Source: Haliotis rubra (taxonomy: Eukaryota). From it: a stretch of 64,000 nucleotides of DNA. The first letter of the stretch is position 1, and each line of letters begins with the position of its first letter. A program made the position numbers and the translations under genes. Of this stretch, positions 63,324 through 64,000 are shown piece by piece. Location of the stretch: contig NW_025766203.1 in the NCBI RefSeq assembly GCF_003918875.1, forward strand, positions 1,426,001 through 1,490,000. The letters run 5' to 3'. A model generated the notes under the pieces. It did no database searches. It was given only the letters and a program-made list of their open reading frames with translations, and was not told the DNA's origin.

Positions 63324-64000
63324 TATATACAGCGTATTGCAATAACCCCGGAGACACGTGGTGGACTTTGTTACAATGCAAGATCCGTTACAGTTGTAGT
63401 TTGGAAATATTTGTCCTCATAAGAATATATGGGTATGAGTGCTCCATTAAACATGAACCTTAACATGTACTTTTGTTAATATAACAATGGACAAAAAGAA
63501 CATAAACAATAGCAATGCAACATTCAACTCATACTTCTCAACTGATACTCATGTGAAACGGTCCACCCCAACTCAACCCTATTCTACCCACGCTGTCTTT
63601 GTCTTTTATCCACGGTGATTCAGGTAGCCCGTAAATACTCGACTTAAATTAAGGTTCAAGATTCTGCCAAATTGTCCACCGTCGCCTCAGACTCGGCTGC
63701 AGCAAATTAAACGCTGATACGTTTGGTCGACATGCATCAGAAACCCCAGACTGCACACGTGGGTATCAATTTGAGGATGCAACTCAGTTTTTCTTTACTT
63801 TCCACAATACGACAATATCAGAAAGAGTATGTAATTTTATAGACATGGGAATGACCTGAAATCTATACGTCATGGCCATAGTTCAAAGCGAAACTGCATT
63901 TATCATATTTTTCCACAGACACCACTGTCTTAAAGAAACCTGACTCTATATATTCCGTTTGTGCAATTGAACATTATGCTTAGAACTATCTTGTAAAACG

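Overview
AT-rich, repeat-dense animal genomic DNA, not prokaryotic. The SINE families resemble those I recall from gastropod molluscs such as abalone; this is inference, not verified. One host gene is well supported: a two-exon, ~380-aa two-pore-domain K+ channel (K2P, invertebrate TWK/KCNK18-like) on the + strand, 49525-50038 joined to 61824-62452, with an 11.8-kb phase-1 intron splitting the first selectivity filter (TIG|YG). The first ~14.7 kb is a local segmental duplication whose copies act as filled/empty-site controls for insertions. The rest is transposable elements and tandem repeats: three SINE families, L2-, Rex/Babar-, CR1- and Penelope-like relics, Tc1/mariner elements, MITEs, 63/94/43/69-bp minisatellites and microsatellites. 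There are five short N gaps. The best candidates for unusual biology are RNA structures: (i) a ~1-kb tandem array of ~69-nt units, each reading on the minus strand as a minimal Penelope-type hammerhead-ribozyme motif plus AAUAAA (39570-40565); (ii) a SINE-like family with no visible tRNA head whose copies start sharply at a predicted H-type pseudoknot with A-U/G-U/G-C variation at one pair; (iii) long SINE-derived fold-backs in the K2P intron, one ~76 nt before the acceptor. None of these has been tested by computation.
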